Both the position numbers and the translations under genes were made by a program. A stretch of DNA of 64,000 nt, taken from Negaprion brevirostris. Taxonomy: Eukaryota. Shown here one piece after another: positions 1 through 13,850 of this stretch. Location of the stretch: assembly GCA_030324005.1 (NCBI GenBank), contig JARDVH010000154.1:34405973-34469972 (forward strand), written 5' to 3'. A model generated the notes under the pieces. That model was not told the origin of the DNA and ran no database searches. It saw only the letters and a program-made list of their open reading frames with translations. Numbering within the stretch: position 1 is the stretch's first letter; every line of letters begins with the position of its first letter.

Positions 1-320
1 ACATTTTCTGCACTTGTAGCCTCGAATAAGTATCAGTTTAGTGCAGTGTTGCGTATTTGGCTGATTTATTTTCTCTAAAGAAACTGAAATTGTAACTGCC
101 CAAACTCCTTTTGCACCTTGTAGTCAGCGGATGGGGAGAACTTAATTGCTTTGGTCTGCTGTATGTGACCCCTTAATTAGTGACAGGCTAGATCTTGAGC
201 ATCCCCACATATCACCATGAACAATGCTGCTCATCTACTCCACGACACTTTCTATCTCATTTCCTTGACCACTGAAACTCTTTTACTTGCTTTTGCCACC
301 TCAACGGTTGACTTATCCAA

Positions 321-917
321 GAACATAAGAAATAGGATTAGTAGACCACACGACCTGTTGAGCCTGCTCCGCCATTCAGTATGATCATGGCTCATCTTCG
401 AGCTTCAACTCAATTTTCCCAGCTGCTCCCCCTTTCCCTTAATTCTTTGAGAGCTTGGCCAAGTCTTAAATGTATTCAACGATGGAGCATCCACAACCTC
501 TGCAGTACAGAATTCCAAAGATTACAACCCTAGCTCAGTCCTAAATGAATTTGCCCTTTATCCTGAGACTGTGCCATCATGTTTTAGATTTCCGGATGAG
601 TAGAAATAATCTCTCAGCAACTACCCCCTCAGGCCCCTTCAGAAGTATGTAGGTTTCCATGCGATCATCTCTCATTCTTCTAAACACTAGAGAATATGTG
701 CCCAATTTACTTTGCCTCTCATCATGAGACAACCCCCTCATCCCAGTTACCAATCTAGTGACTCTTTGCTGCATCGTCTCCAATGCTAGTCTATCCTTCT
801 TAAATGTGGAGACCAAAACTGCACACACGTTGCAGATGTGGTCACTCCAAAACCCTGTACGTTTGTAACAAGACTTCTGTATTCTTGTACTCCAATCCAC
901 TTGCAATAAAGGCCAAA
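321..917 (-). mobile_element. CR1/HER1-like LINE 3' fragment
   Basis: Tail aagaacataagaaatagg...; ORF 577-906 resembles CR1 ORF2 C-terminus (LETMQQRVTRLVTGMRGLSHDERQSKLGTYSL). Confidence 0.85.
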
Positions 918-1944
918 ATCATTCCTCACCAGATTTCCCTCTTCCATAAACTCAATTGCAGAGAACCCTCTCCCATCCTACACTAATTACATTTGCCAAT
1001 TATCTCCCCATTTTCATGAATCTGCATTGACTGTCTTCAACCCAGTACGTGTGACATCAAATCATTTCTGTACCCCACAATTTCACTCCAATTTCCTCTA
1101 TGCCTGTATCTTTTCTACGGTTGCCATTTCTGGCCGGATATATTCAGAGTGATGGTGGCTCAAGGGAACGGGGAGGGAAGAAAACAAATCAAATTTCCAT
1201 GAGACCAACGGGATGAATTGGCAGCGAGGGTGAATAATGATTAGAGTTCAGAGGAGAAAAAAGCTTCAGGGGCTTGATGCAAGATCTGAAGCCATGGTTT
1301 CAAACAGGGATATTAAAAGCTGCCAAGAGTGGGGAGAAAAGAATTTGTTTTTCTCTCTGTCTCTGTCTTTAGCAAAGTGATCTGAATGCTGCTTGTGCCT
1401 GTTGCACTCAGACTAACACTTTTGGTTCACTCCTGAAGCCTCAATGAAGCTCGAACCCATTGATCCTATTGCAGCCCAACCAGTGAGAAACCATTTTTCT
1501 TTGCTTCAAGGTTTGGGAGGGGCTGCGCCAGTTGTGATATCATCATGTGGCAGCATCTCGTAATGGGATCTGTTGTCTCTTCCTCAACTTGCTTGTTGCT
1601 GATGGCAAATTATAAGACTGGTTTCTTTAACATCGTTCTAAAATCCATGGAATGCTTTCTTTGCCGCCTAGATATTAATACTGATTCCAGTAGGTCTCTG
1701 GCCATTCCGGGAGGGTTGGCAAACTTAATCCCTTTGATACTGTGGCCTCTAATACTTCTCTCTCTTTCACTCTATTAGTGCTAGAGCTATCACCTATCTG
1801 TCTACTTTCTTCACTTCCAAATACGTATTCAGAACTGAGCTCGTTGAATTGGTCCTGGGACAGCCTGTGACTCAGTATCTCCTCACCTCTGTCAATCACA
1901 TTGCCCTTGGGACATTTTTACTTACAAGTAGGTAAGTATAAACT

Positions 1945-2061
1945 CCATCCCTAACAGCACTGTTGCGTGTACTATGCTACATGGACTGCAGCGGTTCACG
2001 AAGACAGCTCACCTCCACCTCCCTGAAGGTCAGGTGGGATGGGCAATAAATGCTGATCTAG
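1945..2061 (+). mobile_element. LINE 3' tail fragment (CR1/L2-like, tail shared with the SINE at 10540)
   Basis: ggactgcagcggttc...gggatgggcaataaatgctg tail, recurring at ~6210-6310 and 60230-60350. Confidence 0.6.
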
Positions 2062-3289
2062 NNNNNNNNNNNNNNNNNNNNNNNNNNGAATAGAGAAATG
2101 TCTAACACAGAACACTGCATAGAAAATGTTGCTATTTGAATGAATATTCGGACCACCCTCCTCTTCCCACCACCACCCCAAAGCTATTTTTCTTAGCTTT
2201 GCAAAAGAATGCACTGAGAGCATTTTCATTGGAACCGCAGCATAAAAAATCCAGTCATGTATTAGTTTATTTGTTTGTGGAGCTGTAAAGAATAGCCACC
2301 TTATCCATCTCTGTTGTCTTCTGTTGTGCCTGGCATCTCCCGGGTTTCATTCTCCTATAGTGTGTCTGCATCATGCATACACTTGCCCTGAAAATCCTGA
2401 AAGTAACTGATGAATGAGTTGCAGCTGCATTGGATCCACTGTTGGTTTAGGATCATCCACAGACAGCCGACTGATCTTCAATCAATTTGGGGCATTGCAC
2501 ACCTGTAATTCAGCAGTCACCAGCTGTTCTGTCAGTAGATGACACGCATTGTGTCAATATCAGCAAGCAATACTGAGTGGATTATTTTTATAATGGCCCA
2601 TCACTGGAATCATTGCATCACAACATGAGATCATGAGAACATTTCGGCACCTTTTAATCTGCTTGAAACGTACCAAAACTATTTAAAGGAGCAGTTTGCT
2701 TTCCATCCATCTGATGTTGTCTCCCTTCAGCGTGAGACAGTGGGTTTTGTATTGTGTGTTCGGGGAGTGGGTTGAGCTACAAGTTCGTGGGGTTTAGCCG
2801 ATCTGTCACTTGTATTCCTTTCTGAGAAATGGTGTTACTATAAAATGGGAATTGCAATATTGACCCACCAAGGACTGAGAGAAACTTGGGTAATGATGCT
2901 TTTTTCTAATATAGCAACACTGTGNNNNNNNNNNNNNNNNNNNNNNNNNNNNNNNNNNNNNNNNNNNNNNNNNNNNNNNNNNNNNNNNNNCCACTAGTCA
3001 CCAACCGCCAATCCGAATAGCACCCATTAACCCCCACTCTCTGCCTCCTATTTGACAACCAAATGTTGCATCACTGGGGCTGGCCTGATTTCAAATGTCT
3101 GGCACGACAATATTTCACTTCTGTTTTGATTTGATGCTGCTGTATTAAAAATATGTCTTGGCAATGCTTGAGTGTATGCAATGCCAGCATTCGGAAGACT
3201 AGAAATACATTATCTTGCCTCAACAGACTGGTTGCAAGGGCATGTTCTAAGGGAATCTTCTTGGCGTGCATCATCTTCACAAATCAGTG

Positions 3290-3990
3290 GCACTTGTCAG
3301 ATCACTGGCAAGGGTGGCATTTATTGTTAATCCCTAGTTGCTCTTGGTGCTGGTGTTGGGTTACCTCCTTCAGCTCTGTAGTCCATATGATCAAAGTGCT
3401 GTCTGTGCTATAGGGTTTTAACAAGGGGCAGCAGTGTATGTCAAAGTCTGGATAGTCAGGATGGCATTTCCATGCACCCGCTGCTTTTGTCCTCTGTGTT
3501 CGTCTTCAGTGATGTTCAGGAGGTACTACTGAAGAAGCCTTGATGAGTTGCCGTGCAGATAGTACACCCTGCAGCTGTGTGATGAAGATTGTATACGATT
3601 AAACCAGGGGTGAACTGCTGATCATCCAGGACAAAGCAGTTCTCATGGTGGTGAGCTTCTTCAGTGTTGTTACAACTGGACTCACTTAGGCAGTTGGACT
3701 GTATTCCATCCTGCTCCATGCATGTTTTGTAGATGGTGGAGGGGCTTCATGAGTGATAAAGTGTGCCATTTTCCACAGAATACTGAGCTTCTGATCTGCC
3801 TTAGTAGCCACAGTATTTATGCTGCCAGTTCAATTCAGTTTCTGGACAATTTGATGTGGGGCTTGGCGATGATTCCATTGAATATAAGTTGAAGATGGTT
3901 AAGCTCTGTCTTGGAGATGGTTACTGGTTGACACGTTTGTGGTGCAAATTTTACTTGTGCCAGCCTTGCTACATATAGGCATGAACTACT
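3290..3990 (-). mobile_element. Decayed LINE 3' region, same family as 5790-6310 and 60230-60890
   Basis: Reverse-complement similarity to 5790-6310 (ggaatactacccc, cagctccaacaacactcaagaag, catccaggac). Confidence 0.6.
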
Positions 3991-4984
3991 ACTTTTTCTT
4001 TCTACTTATGACTGACCATTCCTTCAGGGAAAGGTCAGTCATTGGGTTAGGTTGCAACTATGATGAGTGAACTTGTACAAACAATAAGTTGGAAAATGGA
4101 ATAGTGCACCTTGTTTGGTGGCTTATTAGAGAGCCCTGGTGTTTTTGGCTAAAGTGAGCCTGACTTTGCTTCTCATTTTTTGCTTGCTAATATTTATCCG
4201 GTAATGCTTGGTGTTTGAATTATTTACAAATTGAATAAATTGCTAGCTTTCAAAAAATCCATTATTAATTTCTGAAGATTTCAAGCTTAGCGTAGGACCA
4301 GATATGGGTAGCTAAGCTCTACACACCTCTTACTCTTATTAACCTACATTGATCTCAATTCCCTAAAATGGATTTAACTTAATCCTTGTCTGATCACTCC
4401 ACTGCCTCATCCACCCTATTTTTGTGATATCCTCAAGCTGTGCACCATCTGCCACACATAAGAAATTGGAGCAGGTGTAGGCCATCTAGCCCCTCGAGCC
4501 TGCCCCGCCATTCAATAAGATCAGACAAGGATTANNNNNNNNNNNNNNNNNNNNNNNNNNNNNNNNNNNNNNNNNNNNNNNNNNNNNNNNNNNNNNNNNN
4601 NNNNNNNNNNNNNNNNNNNNNNNNNNNNNNNNNNCCCGTTATTGGAGCTTCAACCTTAGCTGTAATTTTTGGGACTGCCGCTCTTTAATATGGGGAGGAT
4701 TTTACCAGCTCCCGGGAAGGATGTCTGGGGTAGGGACAGTAAAATTATGGGGAAGAGAGTCAGGTTGTTTCCCCAACATGGTTCTACCATGGGGAATTTC
4801 ACCAATAGGGGGACTGGCTTTTGGTGCAGCCTCCCTGCCATAAGACAGTACGAAGCAAATTTAAATATTGAAGTAGCCCATTATTAGTCACAGTGTTGGC
4901 AAAATGCCGATGGCAGGTCAACTACGTGCCAGTGGGGTGGGTATATTTTTCTTCATTTTGAATGAACCTATCTTGCATTAAGTT

Positions 4985-5135
4985 GATCTTTCTCTACGTC
5001 CTAGCTATGACTGTAACACTACATTCTGCACTGTCTCGTGTCCTTCTCTGTGAACGGTATGCTTTGTCTGTATAGTGCAAGAAACAAAACTTTTCGCTGT
5101 GTGCGAATACACATGACGATAATAAAACAAATCAT
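4985..5135 (+). mobile_element. Rex-Babar-like LINE 3' tail
   Basis: ...gtctgtatagtgcaagaaacaaaacttttcgctgt...catgacgataataaaacaaatc resembles recalled fish Rex1/Babar 3' ends. Confidence 0.45.
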
Positions 5136-5789
5136 TTGAAGTGAGCAGGGAAGAGAATCTCACCATTTTATTTGGAGAGGTTTCTTCTCCAATAGTTGAA
5201 TTATATTAAAATGTGGACCTAGCTGCTGTTGCTGATGCTGCTGGTCCTCTGAAAGGCTGACCATCCTGTATGTTATGGCAAACCTGGCAATGGTTTATTA
5301 ATGAGCTGCTCCCAGTAAAATGGAGGGGCAGGTCCTGCTGGCTTGTGTTGCTGGCCCACATTTCCAGCTTCTGTCGGAACTCTGAACCTGCTCTGTGTCT
5401 CATTTTCAGCATAAAGAACCTTCTTAAAAGCCGTTGGCATGTGGTTCAGAGTCCATTCTCTTACATATTATATTTTCCTCCGGAATTCTTTCCAAATTGA
5501 AGGTGCTGTATAAGTAATTTCATAATTTAAGTTTGTCACCCAGAATCACGTTGGTTGCTTGTCACTCTTCCTTTCGAGTGTAATAATATCTGTCCCATGA
5601 TTAGTAGATTTCTGTGTGAGCTGGCATATCTCGCTGAGCTTTTTGTGAATTCAGCCAGGATGTCACGTTTGAAATGCATGTCCTTTTTCTTTAAGCCTCT
5701 GTTTCTCCACAGTCAACAGTCTTAGCCAGAAGTGCTGAGTGCATGATCCATCTAGGCCTCCTCCAGTAAGTTAGGTACAGGGCGTACTA

Positions 5790-6310
5790 TCTGAGTAACT
5801 CACCTGACTCCCCAAAGCCTGTCAGCCATCATCGAGACACATGAAGAGTGTGATGGAATACTACCCCCTTGACAGGATGAAGGCAGCTCCAACAACACTC
5901 AAGAAGTTCGACAACATCCAGGACTAAACAGTCTGTTTGGTTGGCACCCTTTCATAAACATTTACTCCCTCCACCATCAATGCACAATAGCATCTACAAC
6001 ATGCCCTGCAGGAACTCACCAAGGCTCCTTGGCAGCTCCTTCCAAACACACGAACACTGTCATCTAGAAGGAAGTGAACAGCAGACACTATCTGGAAGTT
6101 CCCCTAAGTCATTTACCATAATATGAAATATATCACCATTCCTTCAGTGTTGTTGGGTCAAAATCCTGGAACTCCCTTCCTAACAGCACAGTGGTGTATC
6201 CACCATTGGGACTGCAGCAGTTGAAGGCATCTCCCCATCCCTTTCTCAAGGCACACTATAAATGGGCAGTAAATGCTGGCTAGCCAATTGTGTCACATCT
6301 ATAAAATTAA
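5790..6310 (+). mobile_element. LINE ORF2 C-terminus and 3' tail fragment
   Basis: Decayed ORF2-like segment (cacctgactccccaaagcctg...gtgatggaatac) ending in the shared tail atgggcagtaaatgctggc. Confidence 0.7.
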
Positions 6311-6541
6311 TTTAAAGAAATGGCGACCTTGGCAACATTTTTCTACAAAAGGAAGTAGCGAGTTGTGGCCTCCCAAAATTTCTGAGAGGAATGAAATGAG
6401 ATTCTTGAAATGGAAGACAAATCTCACCCAATTACAACATGTCCCAGATTTGGGACAAAAAGAGAATTGGGCTATTTTGTTCAACACATGGGAAATGCAG
6501 TTAGGCCCCGTTAGATCTAGCAAGCATTGTAGCTGAAAAGG

Positions 6542-6733
6542 CTATTCTTGTGGTACCTTTTATGGTTTTTTTTAAAACTCATTTGTGGAGCATGGGCATC
6601 GCTGGCTGGCCAACATTTATTGCCAATCCCTACGTTCCCTTGAGAAGGTAGGTATGGACAATAAATGCTGGCCAGCCAGTGATACCCATGTCCAAAGAAT
6701 GAATAAAAAAAAACAACAGGTACCACAGAATAG
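6542..6733. repeat. ~190-bp imperfect palindrome made of two opposed LINE/SINE tails plus inverted flanks
   Basis: ctattcttgtggtacct ... catgggcatcgctggctggccaacatttattg / caataaatgctggccagccagtgatacccatg ... aggtaccacagaatag. Confidence 0.85.
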
Positions 6734-8125
6734 TACAAGGTTAGTCTCATCTCAACTGACCTGGTGAGAGTTGGTTGAAAGTTTTCAGGACTTCTTTGTG
6801 CACTAGGCTTCCTGGTTTTCTTAATTATTTTCTACAGATAATTATTATTTCTTGCCCCTCCTTTGATTAAACTCAGGTGGTCCATCTGTGAATCTACTAT
6901 ATTGCTATCCTTTTTCAAAAAGAACTATCTCCCCTTGTCTGCTGACAGCAGTGACTCTGACTGGGCTGGTTCCACCAGCACAGTCATTCCTCCAAAGGCA
7001 GTTTTGTATGTGAGCTGGGGTAATGAGTGTTGACAGGCTGTTTGACCTGGGTTAGGTCACAGCTGAGCCCAGTCCTGTTTTCGCCCATCATTCTGTGCAC
7101 ACTGTAGCAGCAGTCCCTGGGTAGCGATCATAGTCGGGAGACACAGCCTGGTTTATATTTTTCTCTTCCCATCCCAGTGGGAGTGATGCTAGTTGCAGCA
7201 AACAAAATGCTGACTCTGTACAAACTAGCAACCAAGTCCATTGGTCTGTTGGGCTCAAGTACTTGTTCTTAAAGATATAGCAACTTTCCATTATGCCTCC
7301 TGTAATGCAGTTCCTCTAACTGTAATTTGAAGATTTAAGGTAGATGTTTAGCTTAGAGTAGCTTCCCTATAAATTTTAGGGAAGTTCTGTAGGAGTATTC
7401 CCCTTTCTCTCTCAAAAGTGTTTGGATGCAGCGAAGAAATGCCACTTGAATGCAGCTTCACTCTGTGGTGTGGATGCTGTTATGGGTTTAGAACAAATTA
7501 CTGATTTTAGTTTGTTTGGTTTTTTTTATACTTCCACCCATGCCTGGAAAACATTTTTTTACTTGTGTTATTTCAAGATAGGATACTACATACTGAAAGG
7601 ATAAAAAATTGAAGGCCACGGGGAGAGATGAATGGTAGTGCTACTAATTGAAAGCTCTTTCAGAGAGCTGGCACAGGCGCAGTGGGCTGAATGGCCTCCT
7701 TCAATGTTTTTGACTCTATAATTATACTAACTTTGAGGAACATAGACCTGCTTTAGTAATTTCAGCTGCAGTGTGCTGATACTTTAAAGCATGAGGAACT
7801 TTCGATTTGCCTCGCTTGGCAAGAGTGGTAAGATCAGCGAGTAAAAATGTCGATAGTGCAAAAACTACTATGAGCATCATTAAGTATTTAAGTCAGTTTT
7901 AAATTCATCATAGAAAATCTTTGTTTTAAAAGTGGAACAATCTTTGGCTGGCTTTAATGCAGTTAACACATTTGACAGGCTTGCATTTTCTTGGCTTTCT
8001 CTTGTGTTTGATAGCACTACCCCACAATTGACAGGCCAGGTCAAAACACTGCAGTCCTGCCAGTTGGGAACAGTAGTGAACAATGAAATAGCAAGATTAA
8101 GGGGCTCCAAGATCCTGTCCTCAAT

Positions 8126-8450
8126 CATAGAAATCTTACAGTGTAGAAGAAGGCCATTCAGCCCATTGAGTCTGCACCGATGACGATCCCACCCCAGGTC
8201 CTATCCACATATTTACCCTGGTATTCCCTCTAACCTACGCATCCTGGGACACTAATGGGCAATTTAGCATGGCCAATCAGCCTAGCCCGCACATCTTTGA
8301 ACTGTAGGAAGAAACTGAAGCACCTGGAGGAAACCCATGCAGATACAAGGAGAATTGTACAAACTCCACACAGACAGTGACCCAAGCTGGGAATCAAACC
8401 CAGGCCCCTGGAGCTGTGAGGCAGCAGTGCTAACCACTGGGCCACCGTGC
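8126..8450 (-). mobile_element. HE1-type V-SINE, near full length
   Basis: tRNA-like head (gtggttagcactgctgcctcacagc...ggtttgattccc), V core and CR1-derived tail. Confidence 0.9.
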
Positions 8451-9104
8451 TGCAATGATGAGGGAGCTCGGCACATCTGTGCAAGGCTGAAGCATTCGGA
8501 ATCATCAGCCAGAAGTGCCAAGTGGATGACCCATCTCGGCATCCTCCTGAGGGATAGAGTTCCTGGAGTCTGCCTGAAAAGTAGTGCAAGGGTCACTGAT
8601 TGTTTCCTAGAGAACCTGGAACCCAGTTCAAGAACTCCACTATCTTTCCTTTTCCTTTGAATCATTGACCTTTGGCAGAATTCCTCTATTTTTGTATGCA
8701 AGAGAGTCTTGGGGTATCTCAAAAGAGCAGTTAGTATATTTTATTGTTTCATATTGTTAGCAAGTTTTGCCTTTGAGTTCGTTATAAAACCAATATATCA
8801 AATACAATCAGTGTGTGGCTTATTGAAGAAGTCTGGTTAAAGTCTCTCTCATTCTGGGTGACAGTAGCAAAGGTTGAAAATTGATCATTTTGGTGAGTGA
8901 ATTAAACTTTTAAACTACTTGTGCGACCTGTGGAGTAGTGCAGCTCGTCGAACTCTGCACTCTTCCCCTCGAGGTCATTTAAAAAAAAATCTTGCTGCAA
9001 ATGGTTCCACCCATGCTTTCTGATCACTGCTCTTCAGTGACCATGATATAGTTATTTGACAAAGAATAGCTTCACAGTAATGTATAATCCAGCCTTTGGC
9101 CGCA

Positions 9105-9393
9105 CGCACTTCAGGGATCATTGGTTAAAGAGCGGGCATTGTTTTCAGGTGGGATGGGGTTGGGCTGAACCGTGCTGGGACCAGAGTCCTGGCGAATCGT
9201 GTAAATAGGACTGTAGACAGNNNNNNNNNNNNNNNNNNNNNNNNNNNNNNNNNNNNNNNNNNNNNNNNNNNNNNNNNNNNNNNNNNNNNNNNNNNNNNNN
9301 NNNNNNNNNNNNNNNNNNNNGCCATGATCTTATTGAATGGCAGGGCAGGCTCGAAGGGCTAGATGGCCTACTCCTGCTCCTATTTCTTATGTT
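9105..9393 (+). mobile_element. CR1 LINE: end of ORF1 esterase, then N gap, then 3' tail (body probably collapsed in the gap)
   Basis: FRWDGVGLNRAGTRVLANRVNRTVD (SGNH-like) before the gap; gccatgatcttattgaatgg...ttcttatgttc tail after it. Confidence 0.65.
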
Positions 9394-10121
9394 CTTTGGT
9401 CCTTTTCTACTTTAGCCCAGGTTAGTGGCACTGAAGTGAGTTGCCACACCCTTACCAGAGTCTCAGGTGAGATCAGATAGCACCACAGGCCTGGGGTCAA
9501 ACAGAGGACCACTTTTTGGTTTATTTGCCTTTGGTTAACCTAATAAGTAGCTGTCAGAGAATCCCCGCTTTATATGTTTTTAAAAATCACACCATCTTTT
9601 CTTTCACTTCATTGGTGGAGACAGATTTGCAACATGCATATTATAAAGAGGACTCGCACTATCTGTAATTAAATGATTACACATGGCTATGGTTACAATA
9701 TTTTTTTACCCTGTTTTTGACTTTGGTTACTTTTGTTTTTAAATTACGTTGTGGTGATCTCATCAAGAAAACTGCCAGGGATGAGAAAATACTGAATCTG
9801 ACCGAGGAAGCTGAATGTTTCTGAGGACCTCTGGATTTTTTAATGTCATCGACAGATTAACAGCAATGCTTGGGAAATAAGTTCAAAATGAAGTGATGTC
9901 AAGTTGCTATAGGTGTTCTTCATATTTAGTTTGGATCTTCTGGTGGCAACCGAGTTGAAAGTTCAGTCGTCCACTGTTGTTGAGACTGAGGCAATCCCGG
10001 CCAAAACACGTGCATGCTGTTTACCCGGGAAGTTTAAACTTCTATCTGCAGTGGGCACCTCCAATAATACCTCTGACATGGACTTTAATTTTGAAGATTT
10101 GGTCTTGATTCCCTGTACTTC

Positions 10122-10273
10122 ATTAGAATCGTTAGAAGGAGGCCATTCAGCCCATTGAGCCTGCGCTGAAAATAATCCCATCCAGGCCCTTTCCCTGTAA
10201 CCCCACATATTTACCCTGCTAATCCCCTTGACCATTAAGGGCCAATTTAGCATGGCCAGTCAACCTAACCCAC
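10122..10273 (-). mobile_element. HE1 SINE 3' fragment
   Basis: gaaggaggccattcagcccattgag...tttagcatggcc. Confidence 0.8.
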
Positions 10274-10539
10274 AGAAGTTTATCCTAAAATACTCTTCCT
10301 GTTTAATCACGGACAGAGGACGAGGGTTGATAGTGATTAACGGCAGGTGCTGTATCGGGAAGGCTTAAAAATTAATTTAAAACTAAACCTGAACAATTCA
10401 CAGCTACCTCACACCAAGTCCGGGCTGCAATGGCAGGGAAAAAAACAAGAGCATACTTTTTAATTGCAGCCATCGATGATCTCTGTGATATCCTCACTGA
10501 CTGGAATATCTGGGTCAAACTAGATTGGAGAAATAGTTT

Positions 10540-10912
10540 GGGGAGATGGTGACATAGTGATAATGCTCTGAGGACACGGGTTTAAATCCTTCCCCCCATG
10601 GCAGCTGGTGGCTTATTTTTTTTAATTTAAAAAAATGTCTGGCATTTTTTTTAAAGCTAGAGTCTGTAATAGTGACCATGAAACCGATTATAAAGTTTTG
10701 TAAAAACCCATCTGGTTCACTAATGTCCGTTAGGGATTGAAATTTGCTGTCCTCACCTGTCTGGCCTACATGTGGTCTCAGACCTACTGTAATGTGACAG
10801 ACTCTAATCTGTCCTCTGAAGTCGTCTGCTAAGCCACCCAGTTCAAGGGTAATTAGGAATGGGGAACAAATGCTGGCCTTGCCAGCAACGCCCACATTCC
10901 TTGAAAGAATAA
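10540..10912 (+). mobile_element. tRNA-headed SINE with LINE-derived tail (second family, unnamed)
   Basis: ggggagatggtgacatagtg head; core cccatctggttcactaatgtcc; tail aaatgctggccttgccagcaacgcccacat; other copies at 15605-16368(-), 22345-22790(-), 43442-43782(+). Confidence 0.8.
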
Positions 10913-11346
10913 ACTGTCTTCCAGTAATTGATATATCTGTACATTTTGAAGTTTTACAAGAGCATTGCAAACTATTAACTTCAGACTTCAATTGACATCA
11001 CTTTTTATTTTACATTTTTTGACTTTATAGCCTGAAAACAGTATAACTTAGTTGCAGCAATTAGTAGTAAATTGGGCAGTATGTGGTATGCTTCTGTTCT
11101 TAGACATATTGACATAATTGTTAAATTTTCACACCTGTTTGTTTTTCGCCAAAATGATTGAGACAAAATAGTAAGCTGATTTGTACCATCAGGGTAGCTA
11201 GATCGGGATTTCTGTATCCAGTGACATCTAGCTAGATCAGGGTAATAGGAAAGCTGAGGGATTGCCTGCGTGGCATAGCAAGGAAAGTGAGAGTGTTTTG
11301 ATTTAGTTACCTGCTGCAATGCATATGCAAGTGAAAAAACACTCTT

Positions 11347-11649
11347 ATCATTGAATTCCTACAGTGCAGAAGGAGGTCATTCGGCCCATCGAGTTGCACC
11401 AACTGCAATTCCACCCAGGGCTTATTCCTGTAACCCTATATATTTACCCTGCTAATCCCCCTGATACTACATTCAATTTAGCAGAGCCAATCAACCCAAC
11501 CTGCACATTTTTGGACAATTGGGAGGAAACTGAAGCACCTGGGGGAAACCCATGCAGACATGGCGAGAACGTGCAACTTCACACAGTGACCTGAATTGAA
11601 CCTGGGTCCCTGGCGCTGTGAGGCAACAGTGCTAACCATTGTGCCACCC
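11347..11649 (-). mobile_element. HE1 V-SINE
   Basis: Head, core and tail similar to the copy at 8126-8450. Confidence 0.9.
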
Positions 11650-12174
11650 AATCTGAGCTTGTATGAATAATATCCACTAGATGTTTGGGGAACTGAAGGC
11701 CGAAAGTATCCAATGTATAATAACTTAAAGGCTTGTTTCGAAGTCTGAGGCAGAGTTTGCACCTCCGTCTTATCTCCTCACGAACTGTCACTTTGCGTAC
11801 ACTTCTCAACAAAATTGCATGTCTTTTTAGAAACTGGAATTTAGCAATTGTGAAAATGGTTAATTGAAGTAAGTACAGCCACCTGTATTTATATAACACC
11901 TTTTAACATAAAACTTTGAGAGGCACTTTGCAGCTGTTATAAGACAAAATTTGATACTGAGCCACATTAGGACATAATAGGCCAGATGATCAAAAACTTG
12001 GAGGTTTTAAGGTACATCTTTACAGAGGAAATAGGTGGAAAGTTTTTCAGAGAATTTTAGGGCCTTGAGTAAAGGGATGCCACTGATGATGGAGATTAAA
12101 ATTTGGGGGCATGCTAGAGACCTGAATGAAGCGGGCTTCTCATTCTAAGGCATGCTTCATTGCTGGAGGGTTAA

Positions 12175-12635
12175 GAAACTACAGAACCATAGAAAAGTTA
12201 CAGCACAGAAAGAGGCCCATCTTGTCCATGCCAGTCCAAAGACATGCAGGTGCTATTTCTAATCCTACCTTCCTACATCTGGCCAATAGCCCTATAGCTT
12301 ACAGTAGTTAAGGCACAGATCTAGATATGTTTTAAGAGTTTAAGGTCTCTGTCTCTGCCACCAACTTGGGCAATGAATTCTAGACACCTTTGCGTAATAA
12401 GTTCTTCCTCATGTCCCCTCTACACTTACTGCCGCTTAACTTGTAAATATGTCCCCTGGTTTTAGATTTCTCCACCTAGGAAAACAATTTTATCCTGTCC
12501 ACTCTATCTCTTCCTCTCATAAGTTCGTACACCTCTGTCAAGTTACCCCTTAGCTTTCTTTGTTCCAAGGAAAATAACCCCACCTATCCAATCTCTCCTC
12601 ATAGCTACACTTCTCTAGCTCTGGCAGCATTCTTG
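12175..12635 (-). mobile_element. CR1 LINE 3' fragment
   Basis: catagaaaagttacagcacagaaagaggcc tail followed by ORF2 C-terminus-like sequence. Confidence 0.75.
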
Positions 12636-13850
12636 GAAGACCTGCTTTAGTCATGTGGAACGCTACTGATGCCATATCGTTTCCTCAATTTCTACAAATC
12701 TATGGTTAACACAAAACTGTGTTAGCTGTGGTGTCAGCATGTCACAAATCACGAAAGATCATGAGCTTTCCCAGTCCTCCTATTCTGCCTCTCCCATTCT
12801 CAGCTGTATAAAAGTAACAAATATTCTTAAAAACCCTACAGGGGAAAATAAAGCTTGGCAGCAAAGTAAGAAATTCAATCTCAAAGTTTTGGCATTCAAG
12901 ATCCGCAAGTTTTGTTCTCACCAGTTATGTCAGGAGAACTATTTGATTGAATTGCATTAAGCTCAAACTCATTGTCACATCTGTTGCCCTATATGTGGCC
13001 CTGTGTGCTGATATAGATCAGATCAAACTACTAACTCATCCCTGAGGCTTCATGTCCCCTTGTAGTTTAGTTATTCCAAGCAGACATTTTTATTGTCAGC
13101 CTGGGGGCTGCAGCATCTCTGTTTACACAGATTTAATTTAGCTTTTTAATTGTTTTCATTCCTCCTAACTTGTAAATTGAGCCAGTGAATGAAACAATCT
13201 ATTGCGTTGACCGCTAATGCAAGGAATGCTAGAAATCACATCTGCTCATAGAACAGGTGCTGGAAACTTATTACAGATCTAACTGAGGAGAAGCAGCCAG
13301 GAGAGCTGCGGCACTGTGACGACTTACACTCAATGTAATTACTGCTGTGCAAATTCAGTACAGGTGAGGTGGCAGGGAGGGCAGGTAACCCGAAGTGATC
13401 TGCCCTAAAACTCTTACAATAGATAATATGAATCTATTCTCTTGTGAAAGATATTAACCTGATGTTTTCACCACCTAGTGGTTTAAGGAGCGTAAAGGTC
13501 ACTATGTTGAGGAGATTTCAGGGTAACTTACTGAAATAACAGCCATTAACATTAAAAGGTCCATGTCTGTGAATAAGTTTATGCTCCAGACTAAGCGGTC
13601 CAATGCAATGTGAATTTTAGGCCATCTTTAAATTACAGCTGTACTTCAATAAGAGAGATTCTGTATTATTCTGGCACTGTGAATTTTGCACTGTTTATGC
13701 TATAAAGAAAATTCCATCGAACCTGAGCAGCACCAGCTTGTATTCCGAGACTCAACCATCTTCAGCTGCTTTATCCTTCAATCTTTATCCTTTCCTCCGT
13801 CATAAGGTTAGAAGTAGCGAGGTTTGCTGATAACTGCACAATATTCACCA

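Noticed and set aside
1450-1500. Minus-strand LGCN motif checked as RPRML, a GOSR2 neighbour in mammals
   Set aside because: The frame reads MVSHWLGCNRINGFELH* with no further similarity
5713-5765. 53-nt exon-like segment (ctccacag|...CCA|gtaagt)
   Set aside because: No recognisable homology, and the phase-2 GOSR2 frame stops after three codons; such motif pairs occur by chance in long introns
9963-10253. Minus-strand ORF containing VPTADR, like SLC4A5 VPSADKR
   Set aside because: The preceding residues do not match PPGEWDPxIRIEPPK, and the ORF starts in a SINE; judged coincidental
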